Source: Antedon mediterranea (taxonomy: Eukaryota; Animalia; Echinodermata). Taken from it: DNA of 64,000 nt. The stretch lies in assembly GCF_964355755.1 (NCBI RefSeq), contig NC_092673.1:4526001-4590000 (forward strand), in the 5' to 3' direction. Positions 1-12,753 of this stretch are shown in pieces (position 1 is the first letter of the stretch; each line of letters begins with the position of its first letter). Both the position numbers and the translations under genes were made by a program. Under the pieces are notes generated by a model that was not told where the DNA came from, searched no databases, and saw only the letters and a program-made list of their open reading frames with translations.

Positions 1-1788
1 TCATGAAGGGCCTCAAGGAATCAGTTACAAAACCTCTGCTACTGATGTTCCTATAGAGGCTGGCATGTTTTTATCTGATGGTATATATTGTAAATTACAG
101 TTTTGCAACATCATTATAAACAAAAATATCTATTTGTGTTACACAGTGCCATATTTAGCAATGTCTTAAGAGTATAAATCGCCATACAAATTGTTTATTT
201 AAGCTAAAGCTCTGTCTACACTTTCAAACTTGATGTGACAAAAAATGTGATGTGTCCATGTATGGACAAGATGATATCATATCACTACCATATTTGGGCA
301 TATTGCTACCATATTTGGGCACATCACACTTCTTTTTTTACATACAATTTGATAGTGTAGACAGAGCTTTACACAGTGCCATTTTCAGGAGGGAAATGCC
401 CCAAGGAGTAAAAATCTGTTTATTTAAGCCTACATACCTGAATCCTGAGTCTAAATTGTTAAAGTATTGGTCCCACTATTTTAAAGCTAAAATGTTAGCA
501 AACCAATGTTGTGTTAATTATTATTGTGAATAAACTTTGTTTGGTTTTCAGAACCTGGTTATTACAAGGATGGTGAATTCGGAATGCGAATTGAAAACAT
601 TGTATTTACTAAGTCCATACAAAGAGAGGTTTGTTTTTTTAAATACAATAATAAAATACTTCAACACTTTATTAAAACATTCAACAAAAGTATATATAAA
701 TGCATGATTTTGATAATCTTACATATTTACCTTTTGAACTGTAATCAAATAATATTAAAATATTTATATGTAATCAAATATGTATATCAAAATATTACTA
801 CACTTTATTAAAACAGCAACAAAAATATAAAGTATATATAAATGCATGATTTTGATAATCTTACATATTTACTTTTTTATATCTTTACAAATGCCACCTT
901 TGAATTCTGTAAAGTGTTCATCTTAAATAAATAATAGTTTATCATATATTTTTAGAAAGCTTTATGGATTTGGAATGTAATTTCCAATATAATTTTCACT
1001 GGTTGTTAAAACATTCAAAACATAATTTAATTGTCATATCTTAATTATTCAATTTCAACTTTTTTTTTAATGTGTTAAAAATAACACACTATTGTTTTCA
1101 GCATAACTTTCGTAATAGAGGTTTTCTAACATTTGAAGAAGTAACATTAGTTCCGATACAAACAAAACTGATTGATGCATCTCTGCTGACAGCAGAAGAG
1201 GTAATTTTAGTTTAAATACATTGAATTTGAGCTCTAAATCATGACCCAAGCATAAATGACTTTAAACATGAACTTTATGAGAAAGCATGTAATATTATAC
1301 AGTTATTTCCTGCTTAGAGGTAAAATATAAGATTTTACATCCCCGAGGAAATGATATTTTGCTTGAGGGAATATATAATTCTCGAAAATCTTATATTTTA
1401 CCGATATAGGCAATATCTGTTATATTACATAGCCAACAAGTAGAATATCTACTGGTTTAGGTAGCCTAGCTAGGCCTCCTTTATGTGATAAGCCTGCCTA
1501 GTTAAGCGTTGCGAAACTAAAATTATTTTAATTCCAGAGAGCAGTTGAACGTGCCAATAGCGTCATCCAATAAAACCATTCACAATTGCACATGCTCACA
1601 AAGCTAGCTTACAACAATCTTGTAATAATGTGGGCAACCAAGTTTTTCGAATATTTGTTATTTCCTAGGTTACTTGGTTGAATGATTACCATATGAGGTG
1701 TCGCAATATTGTTGGTGAAGAGCTTGAGAGGCAAGGCAGAACCAACGCGTTGAAATGGTTACACAGGGAAACTAACCCACTGGGGTAA
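1..1788 (+). CDS. XPNPEP1: Xaa-Pro aminopeptidase 1 (cytosolic aminopeptidase P), last four coding exons; 5' part outside window
   Basis: Exons <1-80, 552-628, 1102-1200, 1669-1788 join in frame with GT-AG introns: HEGPQGISYK...GMFLSDE-PGYYKDGEFGMRIEN...-HNFRNRGFLTFEEVTLVPIQTKLIDASLLTAEE-VTWLNDYH...LHRETNPLG*. HEGP and EPGYY..G.RIE are M24B peptidase metal-site motifs; there is no hydrophobic GPI tail. Confidence 0.92.
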
Positions 1789-2519
1789 CATTTATAAACT
1801 TCAATGCACAGAATGACCAATTTTACACAGATTCTTACTCACAATATTTTTATGAATTTAAATGAAGCACAATTGTTTATGAATACACAGACAAGGCACT
1901 ACAAGTTGTACCTGAATAATTGCACTTAAATAATTATGAAACACCTGTTACTCCTGTTTATGAGAGAGCGCCGACACTGATTGCATGGATATGACAAGAG
2001 CTTAAAGGAGCATGTATTTAAACATGCATCATCCAGTCCACCTAGCACCTTGAGATGACCTATAGCTCTGTCTACACTTATCAAACTTTACATGCTGATG
2101 TCATACCGCTACCATATTTGAGCACATCACACTTCTTTTTTTTTGTCGAACCAGTTTGATAGTGTAGACAGAGTTTTATACTTAGGCAAAATGCTATATC
2201 AATATACAGTAAATGTTACAAGTAGTGGTCAACACATCTTTTAATTTACCATTAATTATATAATCAGAATACACCTACTCTACACTTTATGAAATAAATT
2301 GTTATAAAGTTTTTTTATATTATGTTATATTCTCAATCTACAAACTTTCATATTTAAATATATGCAGCCATCCAAAAAAAATGTATGGTTTGGACCCGAC
2401 ACTGGTATCATAAATCATAAAAACAAAGTCATTATTAAGTACTGACAGCTTTTTACTTCCTATAGCCTCTTAATCTTTTAAACACTGTATTAAAATACAG
2501 TGTTGAAAGTCATCATTCA

Positions 2520-5500
2520 TCATGTAGAAAAAAACACCTCATAATTAGCCTCATAGTCCAGGGTTAAAGTAAGACCAGCTTTCCTGGCTCCAAGACTAGC
2601 TGCCCCAAAGGCTGGTGACTTGTTTAATTGTATCAACTTGAGCTTTTTTATTTCCACATCGCCTTCAGGTCTAGGCTTTATGCCTTCCAGAAACCCTGCA
2701 AAAAGCATAATTATATTCATGTTGAGTTCAACTTCATTTTAAATACTATTCATGAGGTCTAAGCTTTAAAAGGAATTGAATAACTCTTGTTGGACACTTG
2801 CCAATAGTTGATGTCTTTTATTAGTGCTCCATTTTAATGTTTCATTGAAAGGAATAAAATTGAACTTACCATCTTTTAACAGATCCCAACTTTTCCAAAC
2901 TGATCCAACACATGTTACTTGTAATCCACTGGGTTGATTTAATAAGGTCTTGAATATGAAAAAGAATTTATTGCAAAATGTATTAAAAATAATAATAATA
3001 GTTCATTCTTATATGGTGCATATAAGCAAACTCTCAATGTGCGGTATTTTTTTGGATCAAACACGTATGGAAACATACTCCCATAATAATAATGTGTCTT
3101 GATCTAACCGGTATCCATTTTATATACCTGGGTGGAGAGAGGCAAATGTCAGTAAACGATGGAAGCAATGCGGAGAGAGTTGGATTTGAACCATGATCTC
3201 GCGATCTGTAATCCAACGTCCACACTTAACTACAGGTTAAAGTTAGTATTGCTATAATATTTACCTTGTCCATTTTTGAAGACACAGCTCTTATATGGTT
3301 TCCAAGGTTCTTTCCAGTTTCATTAAATATCCAACAACATAGTGGATCTTTTTCTTTTCTTGCTCCTGCCAAAAAAACATATGGTTACAAAGATTAATAT
3401 AGAAGTACAGTAGTGTATAGACATAGTACTATTCATGGAAATTATAAATGTTAAAAATAAATACACCTGTCTAACTTACCTTCTGCTAAAACTTTACAAA
3501 ATTCAGAAAATTTAGGTTTTTCAAAATCACTATATACATGAGAAAGAATTGCAAATCGGTTGCTTATCTGAAAATAAAAAGATTAAATTAAAAGTATGAA
3601 TACAAAAAATTGGAAAATGATAGGAATATACTTATAAGTACTTGCATTATGTTAATATAACGTTTGCAGTACACCACGTATTATTATTCTTAAAAGAACT
3701 GTTGAGTTCTCAACGTTTCGATCAATATACTTTGAAACTTATATATACGTGGTGTACTGTGTATCAACATTTGATTTCGCAATGCAAACCTTCAACCAAT
3801 GAACAAAACCAATTTCGTCAGAAATAGTCGATGCAAGATGGAGACTATTAGGTCACATACTCAGACAAGACCCATGTACACCAGCTAACACAGCAATAAG
3901 CTATTATTTCAGCAACACTACCAATATAAAATTTCGAGGAAGACCGAGAACTACCCTACCAATAACTCCCAGCAATGACCTACTCACCCTTATATCATAT
4001 CATATATCACATTTATTAAATATAAACAAATAAAGATGTCATTATAAGCAGAACAAAAACATCAAGTATTCCGGACAATTGAAAACCAAGAAAGACACCA
4101 AACAACTTAAACAACTAGCCAATGAAAGATCAGATTGGAAGAAACTGGTAAAAGAGATATACGGAGCAGCCCAAGCGGAAATGTCGGCAGACAGCGGAGA
4201 GGCAGTAATCATCAAACCTTCAAACAATATACTTACATTATAAAATTCTTGCATTAGCTTCTTTACATATGAAATGTCATAAGGAGGATCTCTTAAATTG
4301 TCTTCTGCGTCGATTACGGTCTTGACACCCAGCATGCTTACTTGAAATGCTGCAACAAAAAAAGTTCATATGAAATGTATTGTTACAAATATAATACATA
4401 TATGAACAAATCAAGCTGAAATCCGTTGACAAGAGATGTGTTGAGATGTGTCGATATATGGACTTGATGATGTCATATCACTACAATATTTAAGGATATC
4501 ACTACCATATTTGAGTACATCACACTTTTTTGTCACATAAAGTTTAAAGCAACACTAACCTGATCCTTCGTCACCAAGCATATGACCCCAACCACCACAC
4601 CCAGACACCTTCCCATCTGGGTTGATGAGTTGACAGTTGGATCCAGTACCAGCTATCAATACAAGCCCACCTAAATAAAGCAATAATTCAACCAATACTC
4701 AACTCGCAAAACCATACTTTTCGTGAATTAAAAAATTCTTTCTAATTTATTGCAATATCTGTGGTATGTCAGTATGAAAAAACAAAACAAAAATATTGTG
4801 TACACTTAAAACTAGCATTAAAGAGTTATTGTCCCCCAAAAACATGAAAAATGAAGATTAATTAAAACAAGTTAATCCCTTCAGTAAAAAAAAACTATAA
4901 AAAAATGTTTTCTCATATAAAATGACAAAATAAATGGTCAAGCCAACCATGAACCCATTGGTTGGCAGTCAATTTGACTATTTTTTGCTTTAAAGACCCT
5001 GTTGAACCCACAAATGTGAAAACGCCCACAAATGTGAAAACAACCACAAATGTGAAAACGCATCAACCACAAATGTGAAAACAGCGCCCACAAATGTGAA
5101 AACGATCATCGCCCACAAATGTGATAACGCCCACAAATGTAAAAACAAGAGAGACTTTTTCGCCCACAAATGTAAAAAAATCAGATCAAATTTAATGCTA
5201 GATTCAGACAAACATTATATCATGATTGTATTGAGTTGTTTGTTCACGATACGTCTGTTAGGGTCGTCGTTAACACGTTGGATTATTATCATTTGCTGCT
5301 CGTGCGCGCGATATTTGCACGTTAACTCGTTTGTTTAATGAACGTAATAGTTCAAGACGATATTTGTTATTTGCTGCGCGCGTGCACGATACTTCAAGGT
5401 CAAGGCCATGTTATATCATTGTTGCTTCTACTGTGTGGTTGTTGGCTTATTATTATGTACGTATAGTTATAAGTCGATGTTCGATATTTTTTTTTTCCGC

Positions 5501-8500
5501 GCACACGATACAACAAGGTCAAGGTTAAATTGCTACTTGTATGTAGTGTGTGGTTATTAACTCGTTGGCTTACTGTTATGTACGTATAGTTCCAAGTCGA
5601 TGCTCGATTCGATGTTTTTGGGCGCGTACACGATACTACAAGGTCATATATCATTGCTGCTTGAAGTGCAGTTGGGCTTACTATATTAGTATTATGTACG
5701 TATTATAGCTCCAAGTCGATGCTCGGTGTACACGATACTACAAGATCAATGCTATACTCGTCGTTCAGTTATTGCAGTAGTTCCTAATGTTCAATTTTTT
5801 TACAAAACTATAACCACAAGATAATAATACAAGAGCTAGAGCAAGAACAACTAATAAAAGAATATTTCTTTATTTTAGAGCGATAAACAAATTGTAACAT
5901 AGAATAATACCGTAACACCAATATCCAACCAAACATAATACACGATACGATAGTATCAAACTTGTCACGAACATGTATTCTATAAAACATACTATGAAAT
6001 CTATAACAATTATACTAATGGACAAAACTTCCTACTATAGGCCTACTACTATTTACATTCGTGGTTTAATCTGATGCTTATTGTTTAATTTGTATATCTA
6101 TTTTTAGCGGATAATTATAAAGATATACGGAGAATAATATTACCTATTGAATGCATTACAATTTAACTGATTTACTATCAAACGTATATTCGACAATTTT
6201 TATGTATAATATAATTATAAGTAAATAAGTCAACGTACAAGGTATAACGGTATTGTTAATGAGGAACAAACTGGCTTCATGAATTACCTAACAAAATATT
6301 TAAGGAGGAGTTGCAATGCGATTAAATAATGTTATCTACTAATAGTAGGCTTACACTTGATTTGAGATGCCTATAACACTAATTGTATGAGCATTAGAAG
6401 TCATAACAGTAAGCCAACGAGTTAATAACCACACACTACATACAAGTAGCAATTTAACCTTGACCTTGTTGTATCGTGTGCGCGCAAAAAAAAAATATCG
6501 AACATCGACTTATAACTATACGTACATAATAGTAAGCCAACAACCACACAGTAGAAGCAACAATGATATAACATGGCCTTGACCTTGAAGTATCGTGCAC
6601 GCGCGCAGCAAATAACAAATATCGTCTTGAACTATTACGTTCATTAAACAAACGAGTTAACGTGCAAATATCGCGCGCATGAGCAGCAAATTATAATAAT
6701 CCAACGTGTTAACCACGACCCTAACAGACATATCGTGAACAAACAATTATTGAAACAACTCAATACAATCATGATATAATGTAGTACTGTACCTCGATCA
6801 AAATTGTTTGAGTCTAGCATTAAATTTCATCTGATTTTTTTTTTTTACATTTGTGGCCGAAAAATTCTCATTTTTTTTTACATTTGTGGGCGTTATCACA
6901 TTTGTGGGCGATGATCGTTTTCACATTTGTGGGCGCTGTTTATTACATTTGTGGTTGATGCGTTTTCACATTTGTGGTTGTTTTCACATTTGTGGGTGAT
7001 GCGTTTTCACATTTGTGGTTGTTTTCACATTTGTGGGTGATGCGTTTTCACATTTGTGGTTGTTTTCACATTTGTGGGCGTTTTTACATTTGTGGGTTCA
7101 ACAGACCCCTTCCCTGCAATTTTGGACGTTTTTTGGAAAATAATACATATATATCACTTTAAAAACATTAAACCATGTCATTCCTTGTCTTAAATGTACG
7201 TTTTATGGTAAATTATGATAAAAAGTGAGAAACAATGCACTACCTAAGTAGCTCGCGGCGATCGACCTCTCGTGGACGGTCTTAGGCCTAGCCTAGCTAG
7301 GCTTAGTTTTGTAGGCCTAGCTGGTAAACATCGATAACGTACGAACATCGTACGCTAGCTATATACCTAGCCTGACGTTGTATAGTTGCTGCATTAATTG
7401 TCTTTCTATTTTTGCCAGACTCCGTTGATACAAATTGGGGAAAACCCGGTATTTTCGCTGAAAAGTTAGGAGTCTTCCATTTGTTTTGGCTTCACGATCA
7501 ATCGAAAAGTGGGCGAATTACAGGTGAAAAACAAAAATATCAATCCGCGCGCAATGCATTTTGGGATTTATAGCGGGCCGCTATAATTATTAGAATCGAT
7601 TTATTTTTCACATTTTTAACCGTTTAAAGACGAAAAAAGTTATCGCAATAGGACCATATAGTATTCTTTTTACATTAAATATAGTTTGTGATCTTAAATT
7701 AGATCTAAAAAACGTAGGGAATGGAGCTTTAAATTACAGGCATATTCAATTCAGTCCCCAAATCAATAACAAGAACACTTTCAGACATGACCCCTCTCCA
7801 CATACCTGATGATGATGCAGTCTCTATGGCACCATATGTATCAGTGCATACATGGTAGTTATCGCTGGTGTTTGGGTATTTGCTCTGCATTCCAGATATT
7901 ATCTTTATCTGTATCTCTTTCTGCTCACCACCACTTAAAGACATACCCTGAAAAATACCAACATTGAAATCATTTTCAATAATCATCGATGGAGCAAACC
8001 TGCCATATATTTCGTTGCTCTATTGTATTTCATGTACAAACTTCTTCTAAATATTTACACATCAAATGAAAACTTCTGAAACTTACCAATGATTTCAGTT
8101 TTGTATCATCGTCAATATTGGCTTGTTTCTTGGCGTCCTTCACAAGAACTGCAATATTTATCAAACACTGATCTATTCCAAGTAGCTATGAATGAAAGAA
8201 ATTATTATGGTGTATTATAATAACAATATTAACATTTTGTTTTGCAAAGTTAAACATACTTTATTGCATTCTAGCATAATACAAAACGTATCATGACAAA
8301 GATAAGTTGTATTGTTTAATAATTGCTTATAATAATTTTGATATTTATGTACAGTATTTTAATTGACCTTGATTACTTAATAAAGAAACTCAAAAATAAT
8401 CTGATATGGTTTTCTGTATCATGCACCTTAAAAAATAGGTCCATGCATGTATTTCATCCTTCCCTGGTCCATGTAATACTAATATAGTACTGCGTATGCG

Positions 8501-9203
8501 AAAATCACAGAAATCATAATTGTATCAAATTTAAAGTTTAGCTTAGGCAACCATTGGTTGGGGTTCCAATTTCAAACATTTCATCTAATTTCTGCATATA
8601 ATTCAATGGGTCACATCTTCCAAAAATCAAGTGAAAATTAAATTAAATCAAAGCTTGCAATTTGATGTATAACATTTAACACATGTAGACAGAATTTTTT
8701 TACCCATGGATTGGTTCCAGGTCCTTCTACTAATGCAGCAACAGATCCATCCTGCTTCAGAATCACTATCGTCGAATGAGTAGCCCCTCTGAAAGAAAAT
8801 GTATTCAATTGTTAATTATTATATGATAATAATTTAGTCAATTTGTACTATTTTCATAAAAATTTCAGCACAAGTTGAAAAAAAAAACAGAAAAGAGGAC
8901 GGAGGGCTAGGCCCAGTAAAATTCCCCATGTATTAACAAAATAATGAGTTCCCATCCAGAGTGGTGCGGTTCCGTGGTACTTTCTACTACCTACCCAGGC
9001 CAGGCCTCGGCGGCTTAGTAGTAGTAGTACTAGGCTAGGCTAGTAGTTCAAGTTCTAGTACTAGTAGGCCTAGCCTAGCTAGCTAGGCCAAGATAGAGGA
9101 CAGGGAACCTTCAAATCCGTTCTGTAAATATTTAATAATAGTATATTTATATGAATATAAATAAACAGTACCCTTCAATTCCACCGTAATAACTTTCACT
9201 CAT
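2520..9203 (-). CDS. NAGK: N-acetyl-D-glucosamine kinase, 10 coding exons, 341 aa
   Basis: Minus-strand exons 9203-9172, 8788-8704, 8185-8087, 7947-7806, 4670-4560, 4349-4237, 3567-3480, 3365-3265, 2948-2870, 2695-2520 total 1026 nt with compatible phases. Motifs: [82 protein letters not shown]. Confidence 0.95.
2988..3226 (-). mobile_element. tRNA-derived SINE with Deu/Nin-like core and LINE-like 3' tail
   Basis: Minus strand reads a B-box GGTTCAAATCC, a core TGCCTCTCTCCACCCAGGTATATAAAATGGATAC and a tail ...ATATAAGAATGAAC(TAT)n. A related copy lies at ~45108-45315. Confidence 0.65.
3790..4210 (+). mobile_element. RTE-clade non-LTR retrotransposon, degenerate 3' fragment
   Basis: Translates [21 protein letters not shown]...[10 protein letters not shown], then after an interruption [30 protein letters not shown] and A..R..W are typical RTE ORF C-terminal motifs. 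Confidence 0.7.
4994..7728. mobile_element. Kolobok-type non-autonomous DNA transposon (~630 bp), interrupted by a foldback insertion
   Basis: Flanked by TTAA at 4990-4993 and 7729-7732, with AG...CT termini. Segment 7104-7728 is the reverse complement of the uninterrupted copy at 41716-42342. Confidence 0.75.
5000..7103. mobile_element. Foldback-type non-autonomous element, 2.1 kb, long modular inverted arms
   Basis: Termini TGTTGAACCCACAAATGT...ACATTTGTGGGTTCAACA; direct repeat GACCC at 4995-4999 and 7104-7108. Arms ~5000-5580 and ~6402-7103 are near-identical inverted copies carrying terminal arrays of CCACAAATGTGAAAAC. The centre is AT-rich and non-coding. Confidence 0.85.
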
Positions 9204-9284
9204 CGTTGCTACAAAAGGGAAAGTATATGCATCAAAAATCCAGGGTTCCCAACAAAACAAATATCAAAACAACACAGGCATGAT

Positions 9285-9298
9285 GTCACGTGACGTAA
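9285..9298. promoter_or_regulatory. GTCACGTGAC E-box (CLEAR/USF/MiT-TFE type) overlapping a CRE-like TGACGTAA, NAGK promoter
   Basis: Perfect 10-bp palindrome at 9285-9294, ~80 bp upstream of the NAGK ATG (9203). Confidence 0.5.
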
Positions 9299-10047
9299 CA
9301 CCACCTGACCACCGTCTTAAACAATATAGCTAATATTTATTTATTATAAAATTAATAAAAATAAGCCCTTTCTCATTCGAAATTATGAAATGCTTTCCAA
9401 TAACTTTCAATTTCATCACAAAAATATTACTTTATTTGGTCATTCAATCAAGGGTTGTATTAATTATTGCAAAGAATTTAAAAATAGAAATGATGTAATC
9501 ACCGTATGAATATGATGAATAGCAAATCAATATAGATATGATTCAAGTTTAGTGAATTATAATATACATAATATCCATTGTTATTATTTGAAATATATAA
9601 TACACACTCAGATAATAAAACATATGTTTTATGCCTGTGACCCAGATAATGTTTTACTTTGTAGGCCTATCTGTATTAGGCCTATTGGTAAATTTTGGAA
9701 TAAATAGACGTCTACATCTATAAGTAAAATTACAGTACCGTATAGGCCTACGACAGGCTGTTCATAACTAATTCAGAATTGAATGAGTTAGTTGTTTGTT
9801 ATGAGTCTTTATTATCTTTATCATATATTTAATTTCATAATATGCCTATATTCCCCTTCACTCCATAGGCCTGGCCTATTGTCTTTTTACTAATCGTATC
9901 ATCATTGTTTTCTTATGATTAAAATAAAACATAAGTTGGTAACGATTGTTCATGATTTAATATTAAATATGATAATCACCAATTGTTCAAACAGGTGACT
10001 CATTTTAGATAAACATGATATATAATGAATAAACATTATGCGGTATT

Positions 10048-10290
10048 CCAAATATGGCAATGACGCTTCCATTTATGGTAGCTATTGAATCAGCCAGGTA
10101 TTATTGATTAGAATGGGCAAACCAAAGGTCTGCTGTAAGATACCAGGATACCTTATATGGCGTGGTACTGTCAATGTGTGACCAACCCCATTCGCCAATA
10201 TTTGTTGCTGCTAAAATGATAATGTATGTATTATACCATTATATTCATTTCCAAATAAGGGCAAACATTTCAAACTAAATGGTATAAATA
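10048..10290 (+). promoter_or_regulatory. Actin-1 promoter: four CArG (SRF) boxes plus TATA box
   Basis: CC(A/T)6GG at 10048-10057 (CCAAATATGG), 10069-10078 (CCATTTATGG), 10151-10160 (CCTTATATGG) and 10251-10260 (CCAAATAAGG); TATAAATA at 10283-10290. A putative non-coding leader exon ends at the donor GTAAGA at 10438. Confidence 0.85.
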
Positions 10291-10892
10291 TCGATGAGAA
10301 TCCAATAATTTTCATAAGAGACTGAGCTACCTATACAGAGAAGTTAGACGTTAAGCTTTAACAGTACCGAAGATTTTAAAGATATTTACATCGAATATAG
10401 TTTTGTATATTCATTCCAAGTTAATTCAACACAAAAGGTAAGACGTCAATATACAGCTTAATTTGTCTTTAATCTTCGAATATTTTTGTATGACGGCCTA
10501 ATACAATCTTAGGTCACAATTAAATGTTTTATAATATTTGAAGTAGTTTATATCCAACATGCATAAGTCCTTGATTGACACCGAAGTGTGATGTCGTGAA
10601 TAATGTTGCCCAACTTCTGACAACATAACAAAATTAAAATAAACTTCAGTTTGATAAAAAAAAACATTTGTGCATATAAATATTTTATGTAATAATGTTT
10701 TAATACAAAAAAAACTTTAATTCGTTAATTCATGACATGATACTAAAATTATATTAAATTAGCAAGGCAAATACATAGATAACATGTTGATCTTTCTGTT
10801 TTTAATTATTTTACGTAGAACAAAATTAACAAGCAATTGTTTTCCTTTTCAGCATTATTACGTAATAATATTAGAAACTTCTTATAGCAACA

Positions 10893-12753
10893 ATGTCGAC
10901 TAATAATTACGACGAAGATTTGACAGCACTTGTGATCGACAATGGTTCAGGCATGTGTAAAGCAGGTTTTGCGGGTGATGATGCACCTAGGGCCGTGTTC
11001 CCAGCTGTAGTTGGAAGGCCTAGACATCAGGTAATACATAGAAAATACGTTTTATGAAAACCATAGTCTTTGAATTGATATGTTTAGAAACATTGAACGA
11101 TTGAGTTGTCTACTAACGATTTTTTTGTTTTTGTTAAAAAAAAGTCAATGATGATAGGGATGGGCCAAAAAGACAGTTATATCGGCGACGAAGCGCAATC
11201 TAAACGTGGAATGCTTACCCTAAAATACCCAATAGAACATGGCATTGTAACGAATTGGGACGACATGGAAAAGATATGGCACCATTGTTTCTACAATGAG
11301 CTTCGAGTTGCGCCAGAAGAACACCCAATATTATTGACAGAAGCACCACTTAACCCAAAATCTAACCGAGAGAAAATGACGCAGGTAAGATTTTATGCAA
11401 TTTAACAGGGCTGTAATAATCTATAATATTATTAACCTAAAATGTAACCACTTATGTGTTACTTGTTCTGCTTTTCTACTCTAAAACAAACATTTTGGAA
11501 ACAAAAATGTTTGTACTCAACTCAATACTAAAAATCAGAGCCATATATTATATGGCTCTGCTAAATATAACTTTCTTCCGCCCTCTATGATTTTGCGCAT
11601 GAGATTATTCCATTCTAATAATAGGTATATTTATTGTATTTTATTATAGCGATATAAATATCTGTATGGTTTTATTACTTATCAAATCCAAAATAACGTT
11701 AACCATTAAAGTAAAAAATAAGTTATAATTATATTATTTTAATTGTTTCATTGGTGTTTTTCTATAATACATACGGTACTAAATGGTTCCTTTATTTATG
11801 CAACGCGTTGAACACGAATCTAACTATATTTTGTATTAATTTTTCGAATTTTTAGATAATGTTTGAAACATTCAATATGCCTGCAATGTACGTAAACATA
11901 CAGGCTGTCCTGTCATTGTACGCTGCAGGCAGAACCACCGGCATAGTGTTCGATTCAGGGGACGGTGTCTCCCATGTTGTGCCAATCTACGAGGGATATT
12001 CACTTCCACACGCTATTGAACGATTGGACCTGGCTGGACGAGACCTTACTGAACATTTAACAAGAATTCTTTCCGAAAGAGGATACTCACTTACCACCAC
12101 AGGTAAATAATTTGTAACAATAGGCAAATGGTTATTAATACGTCCGGTTTTGAAAAAAAATGAAGATTTTATTTTGGTTGCCGTGTATGCTAATAGCCTA
12201 TACTATTAAATTTCTACATTTGTATTTTCTTTTAGCTGAAAGAGAAATTGTTCGAGATATAAAAGAAAAGCTCTGTTACACCGCTCCTGATTTTGAAGAA
12301 GAGATGAACAAGGCCGCAACAAGTTCATCGCTAGAAAAAAGTTACGAACTGCCCGACGGACAGGTAATCACAATCGGAAACGAACGATTCCGATGTCCCG
12401 AAGTCCTCTTCCAACCATCGCTCATCGGAATGGAACATAGTGGAATCCATGAAACGATATTCAACAGCATAATGAAATGTGACGTTGACATTCGTAGAGA
12501 ACTCTATCAAAACTGTGTAATGTCTGGTGGTTCTACTATGTTTCCAGGAATCGCGGATCGTCTGCAGAAAGAAATGACGTCATTGATACCTGCCGGTATG
12601 AAGGTGAAAATAATAGCAGCCCCTGAACGCAAGTATTCGGTATGGATAGGGGGGTCTATTCTAGCCTCTCTGTCAACATTCCAACAGATGTGGATTAGCA
12701 AACAGGAATACGATGAATCTGGCCCTGGTATAGTTCACAGAAAGTGTTTTTAG
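10893..12753 (+). CDS. Actin, paralogue 1 (380 aa, divergent but keeps D-loop, His73 and plug)
   Basis: Exons 10893-11030, 11145-11384, 11856-12102, 12236-12753 total 1143 nt. [37 protein letters not shown]...PIEHG...DSGDGV...[20 protein letters not shown]. Introns at actin positions 41/42, 121/122 and 204. Confidence 0.93.

Noticed and set aside
655-880. Imperfect ~135-bp tandem duplication in an XPNPEP1 intron (similar ~75-bp duplication at ~29105-29250)
   Set aside because: Ordinary local duplication in AT-rich intron with no sign of function.
3700-3745. ACGTTTCGATC motif resembling a Penelope hammerhead remnant
   Set aside because: The CUGANGA-like core and stem II are not recoverable; too degenerate to call.
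5000-5180. CCACAAATGTGAAAAC repeats with short variable spacers, superficially CRISPR-like
   Set aside because: Eukaryotic context, spacers mostly only a few nt, mirrored at ~6845-7103 as transposon arm arrays, and no cas genes.
4990-7162. ORFs with FSHLW or AHKC repeats, and the duplicated 65-aa ORF (5331-5528 and 6454-6651)
   Set aside because: Translations of the foldback element's repeats and inverted arms; no protein-family motif.
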